From IMG/VR virus record IMGVR_UViG_3300045988_153358: a stretch of 48,302 bases of DNA; one strand, written 5' to 3'. A program made the position numbers and the translations under genes. The notes beneath the pieces were generated by a model. It was not told the DNA's origin. It was given only the letters and a program-made list of their open reading frames with translations, and did no database searches. The DNA is from a virus. Taxonomy: Duplodnaviria; Heunggongvirae; Uroviricota; Caudoviricetes. Below are positions 44,925 to 48,302 of the stretch, piece after piece. Position 1 is the first letter of the stretch. The number at the start of each line of letters is the position of its first letter.

Positions 44925-45992
44925 ATGAATAAACAAGTAATTATTTCTGACTGGATCAACAACCCTAACAGCCTGTTAAGCACTGATACTGGCTACCTAT
45001 TACGCCATGTTAATGGTCGTATGGTCAAAAGCGATGAGCACGAAACCTTTTTCTTTGTTGAAGACGATGGGCGTATCTATGAGGATGGTTACTCTTATGA
45101 AGCCCAAACTGGTTGTATCCCTGCGGAGCTGGTGGATGTAACAGAAGATCTGCGCAAAGCATGGCTTGAACAGCAGCAGCGCGGAGATGATTACGTAAAC
45201 ACCTATCAGGAACGCCAGAACGCGCGTCTTGCCCGATATATTGCTCGTGCAGAAAAAGCCAGAAAAGAAGGTGCGGTAGCGCATAAGCGAGCGCATGACC
45301 TGTTGGATGTGATCCCGTTAGGCCAGCCGATTTTAGTTGACCATTATAGCGCGAAAGGCCATCGCCGCCGTTTGTCTAAAGCTGATGCGTTATTCAGAAA
45401 AGCGTTTGTTGAATGCGAAAGTAAAGCATCACACTACGAGAGCAAAGCCGCAGGTGTTGGTCGTAATGGAATTTCGTCTGATGATCCTGATGCGCTATTT
45501 AAGTTGCTTCGTAAGCTGCAAGGCTGCATGAAGTCACACGTCAAAATGAAGGCCGCAAATAAGGCCATTCGCAAATACAAAAAAGACCAAATACAGCAGC
45601 TTTCTGCATTAATCGATCTCAGGTTTACAGAAAGCGAAGCCAAAGAGTTACTGGCCGGAGATTTCTGTGGGCGCATCGGATTCCCTTCATACGCACTGAG
45701 CAACAATAACGCCGAAATCAAACGACTACAGAGCCGTATTAAGGAGCTTGAATCGGTCAAGTCTGTAACAGGAGCACAGCGCGAAGAATACGACGGCTTT
45801 TCTATGGAGATAGATCCAGAGGATAACCGCATCCTGTTTTATTTCCCTGGCAAACCAGAGGCAAACATTCGTTCGCTGCTTAAATCACGCGCCTTTAAGT
45901 GGAGTCCAACCCGTAATGCATGGGTTCGCAAGATTACTCCAAACGCCCTGGCTGATGCCCGATATCTGAAAGAATCGCTATTGAAAGCCTGA
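44925..45992 (+). CDS. hypothetical protein (355 aa), first gene after cassette copy 3
   Basis: ATG at 44925 at the same leader position as the other copies; the track ORF start at 44871 lies inside the promoter. Confidence 0.6.
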   Translation: MNKQVIISDWINNPNSLLSTDTGYLLRHVNGRMVKSDEHETFFFVEDDGRIYEDGYSYEAQTGCIPAELVDVTEDLRKAWLEQQQRGDDYVNTYQERQNARLARYIARAEKARKEGAVAHKRAHDLLDVIPLGQPILVDHYSAKGHRRRLSKADALFRKAFVECESKASHYESKAAGVGRNGISSDDPDALFKLLRKLQGCMKSHVKMKAANKAIRKYKKDQIQQLSALIDLRFTESEAKELLAGDFCGRIGFPSYALSNNNAEIKRLQSRIKELESVKSVTGAQREEYDGFSMEIDPEDNRILFYFPGKPEANIRSLLKSRAFKWSPTRNAWVRKITPNALADARYLKESLLKA

Positions 45993-46069
45993 CAGTAAGC
46001 CTACGGCGGGATGTCTCCCGCCGTATATAGAATTATATATTTATATAAATGTATAAGGACGCCTCGACA

Positions 46070-46351
46070 ATGAAACGCAAAATTATTAACCCCCAAGATG
46101 TGATTAATTTCCTGACCGATCACCCATGTTCAAAAGTGGACGTAATCGCGGAGCACATTGGTGTGTCGCAGAACTCTATGCGTTGCAGACTGAGAAGCAT
46201 GGTTGCCGAAGGACAGATAACAACCAGGAAAATAAATGGTTGCCTGTACTACTCCGCTAAACCGGAATTGCCATTTGGCATGAATCCTAACTCCATGTTG
46301 TTTAACACCTTATTAGCCAAAGTTAAGCCGTTGAGAGGGGCTGTGGCATGA
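46070..46351 (+). CDS. hypothetical protein (93 aa), possible winged-helix DNA-binding
   Basis: internal ATG with AAGGA upstream; track start 46049 lies in the AT-rich motif. Confidence 0.45.
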   Translation: MKRKIINPQDVINFLTDHPCSKVDVIAEHIGVSQNSMRCRLRSMVAEGQITTRKINGCLYYSAKPELPFGMNPNSMLFNTLLAKVKPLRGAVA

Positions 46352-46713
46352 GCATCAAAACACATACCGGAATAATCATTACCAATGATGGTGAGAAAAA
46401 AGTGAAGTTGCGCGAGACGCCGACAACCTGGTGTGTTGGTCCGAAAGAAACATATCGCAAGGAAGATGGCCGTCGTTGTGGGGCACCACTTTCCCGCCGT
46501 CGCCTCCTTTTGAGCACGATAAAACCTATCGGGCAGGTTGAGCAACCAACGACTCCGGTAACGAAGATTTCAGACAAGAGTCTGGCAAACCTGATCGCCG
46601 ATGCGGACAAGGTGCTGGAGCGGAACACCCCCGTTGCAGATGAGGAATGGTGGCAGGATTTCCGAGCCGCAATGCTAGAGCTTCAGGAACGTCGTCGGGA
46701 GGAGTTGAAGTGA
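46348..46713 (+). CDS. hypothetical protein (121 aa)
   Basis: ORF track; GAGAGGGG Shine-Dalgarno. Confidence 0.5.
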   Translation: MSIKTHTGIIITNDGEKKVKLRETPTTWCVGPKETYRKEDGRRCGAPLSRRRLLLSTIKPIGQVEQPTTPVTKISDKSLANLIADADKVLERNTPVADEEWWQDFRAAMLELQERRREELK

Positions 46714-46901
46714 GCAAGAAAAATGCCGGATGGGTCAGGCCAATGAAGGCGAATAAACATCATTATTTTAATGAAGGTGAAGTAACCAGCATTTGCGGCC
46801 GTTGGATGTATTTTGGTGATTACCGTGAGCCAGACACTTTTGAGAGTCCTGATGATTGCGTGTCTTGTCGCCGGAAATTGAACAAGGTGGCTTCTAAATG
46901 A
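46710..46901 (+). CDS. small Cys-containing protein (63 aa, CxxxxxC ... CxxC), GTG start
   Basis: GGGAGGAG Shine-Dalgarno; overlaps upstream stop. Confidence 0.4.
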   Translation: MSKKNAGWVRPMKANKHHYFNEGEVTSICGRWMYFGDYREPDTFESPDDCVSCRRKLNKVASK

Positions 46902-47518
46902 AAGAACGTGGTGTTGTTTTTAATGACGATATGGTTAGGGCCATCCTCGAAGGAAGGAAGACGCAGACTCGCCGACCTGTAAAAAATGTCAGGGCCGATA
47001 ACTGCCTGGTTATCCGTAAACCGACAAAGAAACGCAATGGTGTCTATACCCACGTTATGGATGCACCGGAACATGGTTTATGCCCGTTCGGTAACGTTGG
47101 TGATCGCATATGGGTCCGTGAAACATTCAACGCTTTTTGGCTGGATAACGATGTCATTCAGGAAATCAAAGATGGTGTCTCTCTGGCTTCTGAACTGTGT
47201 GATTACAAGGCTGATTACTCAGATAGTAGCAAGCCAGCTGAGGGCTGGACCCCGTCGATTCACATGCCGCGCTGGGCTTCGCGTATTTTGCTGGAAATTA
47301 CCGACGTGCGTGTGGAACGGCTGCATGACATGAGCGAGGCAGATGCTAAAGCGGAAGGCGCATCTCCGGCGACGTACAAGATTACACCGCCGGAAGCGGT
47401 TTATCGCGTTGGCTTTGGTGATATCTGGCGCGGTATTTACGGGCAAGAGAACTGGCTATCTAACCCGTGGGTATGGGTAATTGAGTTTAAACGTATTCAG
47501 GGGGCAACCAGTGAGTAA
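46898..47518 (+). CDS. hypothetical protein (206 aa), possibly ASCH-like
   Basis: N-terminal MVRAILEGRKTQTRR pattern. Confidence 0.5.
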   Translation: MKERGVVFNDDMVRAILEGRKTQTRRPVKNVRADNCLVIRKPTKKRNGVYTHVMDAPEHGLCPFGNVGDRIWVRETFNAFWLDNDVIQEIKDGVSLASELCDYKADYSDSSKPAEGWTPSIHMPRWASRILLEITDVRVERLHDMSEADAKAEGASPATYKITPPEAVYRVGFGDIWRGIYGQENWLSNPWVWVIEFKRIQGATSE

Positions 47519-47768
47519 TTCCGCACGGCTACAGCTTGGTTTTTCACCGCTATCAAAAACCATCGTGTTGGCCAAAATGCGCGATTTAGGTGACGGAACA
47601 AAACGCCGTGTAGGCAATGATCGCGGTCGTGATGTAACCAACGAGGCCGCACAACTCGTTTGGCATCTTGTCATGGCAGAAGGCGGTGAAATCAATTGGG
47701 AGCTGGATGATGGTTCTCGCATGGTGTTAAGGGCAGAAAAGCAGGGGGCAAACGATGAAAAACCGTAA
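47511..47768 (+). CDS. hypothetical protein (85 aa), GTG start
   Basis: GGGG upstream; overlaps upstream stop. Confidence 0.4.
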   Translation: MSNSARLQLGFSPLSKTIVLAKMRDLGDGTKRRVGNDRGRDVTNEAAQLVWHLVMAEGGEINWELDDGSRMVLRAEKQGANDEKP

Positions 47769-47952
47769 AGCAAAGATGCTAATTTCCCGTGTATACAGAC
47801 TTTGCTACCCCAGCCAGTGGTTGAGAGTTAGCAATCGCCGTGTGGTGTTGTTCTCATTTTCTGGAATTGCCAGAGAGGGAGTCAAAGATAAGCGTAGCGC
47901 GGTGCAAAACCGCTGGAAAAACCACTGTTATCTGCGCACTAAAGGAGAGTGA
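47755..47952 (+). CDS. hypothetical protein (65 aa)
   Basis: ORF track; overlapping start. Confidence 0.4.
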   Translation: MKNRKAKMLISRVYRLCYPSQWLRVSNRRVVLFSFSGIAREGVKDKRSAVQNRWKNHCYLRTKGE

Positions 47953-47953
47953 G

Positions 47954-48302
47954 ATGGCGTTAACACACCGCGAACTCTGTCAGATTGCGTACAAGTTCCT
48001 TAAGCGCAACGGGTTCAAGGTTTGCTTTCATGACCGCTTTATAGCTGTAACCAGTACCGGAGAACAGCCAGATGCTATGGGATTCAGAAATTCAGCATCA
48101 TGCTTGATAGAGGCGAAGTGTTCTCGTGCTGACTTGTTGGCAGATAGAAAAAAGCGTTTCCGTAAAAATCCCTCACTTGGCATGGGCGACTGGCGATTCT
48201 TTATTAGTGAGCCGGAAATTATTTCAGTTGAGGATTTACCTCCCGGCTGGGGATTACTTCACGTTGTTAACGGAAGAGTACGGAAAGTACATGGATGGCC
48301 CA
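47954..48302 (+). CDS. 5-prime portion of wrap-around ORF (171 aa in total, continues at 2-286)
   Basis: ATG at 47954; no stop before window end; PD-x12-EAK motif. Confidence 0.45.
   Translation, partial: MALTHRELCQIAYKFLKRNGFKVCFHDRFIAVTSTGEQPDAMGFRNSASCLIEAKCSRADLLADRKKRFRKNPSLGMGDWRFFISEPEIISVEDLPPGWGLLHVVNGRVRKVHGWP

Noticed and set aside
1-48302. CRISPR array, integrase with attP, transposase or IS element
   Set aside because: No regularly spaced direct repeats with unique spacers, no recombinase-like ORF and no terminal inverted repeats were noticed on manual reading. This was not an exhaustive computational search.

Overview
The window is a complete, circularly closed temperate phage genome of about 48.2 kb: bases 1-119 are identical to 48184-48302, so the unit length is about 48183 bp and one gene wraps the junction. 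No integrase was seen. Instead there is a plasmid-type maintenance set: an IncFII-like RepA with a CopA-like antisense stem-loop region upstream and a consensus DnaA box downstream, a ParA/ParG-like partition pair, and a RelE/ParE-family toxin with an HTH antitoxin. I therefore read it as a phage-plasmid. The virion module is mosaic: a lambda-like head and packaging set (TerS, GpA-type TerL, gpW-like, portal, protease, decoration-like, E-like capsid) joined to a P2/Mu-like contractile tail (sheath, tube, frameshifted chaperone, tape measure, X, D, V, W, J, I, tail fibre, fibre assembly). Other modules are a lysis cassette with a tRNA(CAT), an MT-A70 methyltransferase, a CI/Cro switch with CCAC-N5-GTGG operators, and a P1 immI-like antirepressor region. 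The most unusual features are (1) three near-identical 119-bp promoter-leader cassettes, one directly downstream of a Q-like protein, each driving a different gene or operon; (2) a dispersed AT-rich motif family concentrated at the par locus; (3) two paralogous ParB-like genes flanking a ParB-methyltransferase fusion; (4) tandem dyad-symmetric 30-bp repeats with compensatory substitutions inside the antirepressor gene; and (5) several small membrane-protein and unknown accessory genes. All protein family calls rest on motifs and recalled family resemblance, not on database searches. Coordinates of non-ORF-track features may be off by a few bases.
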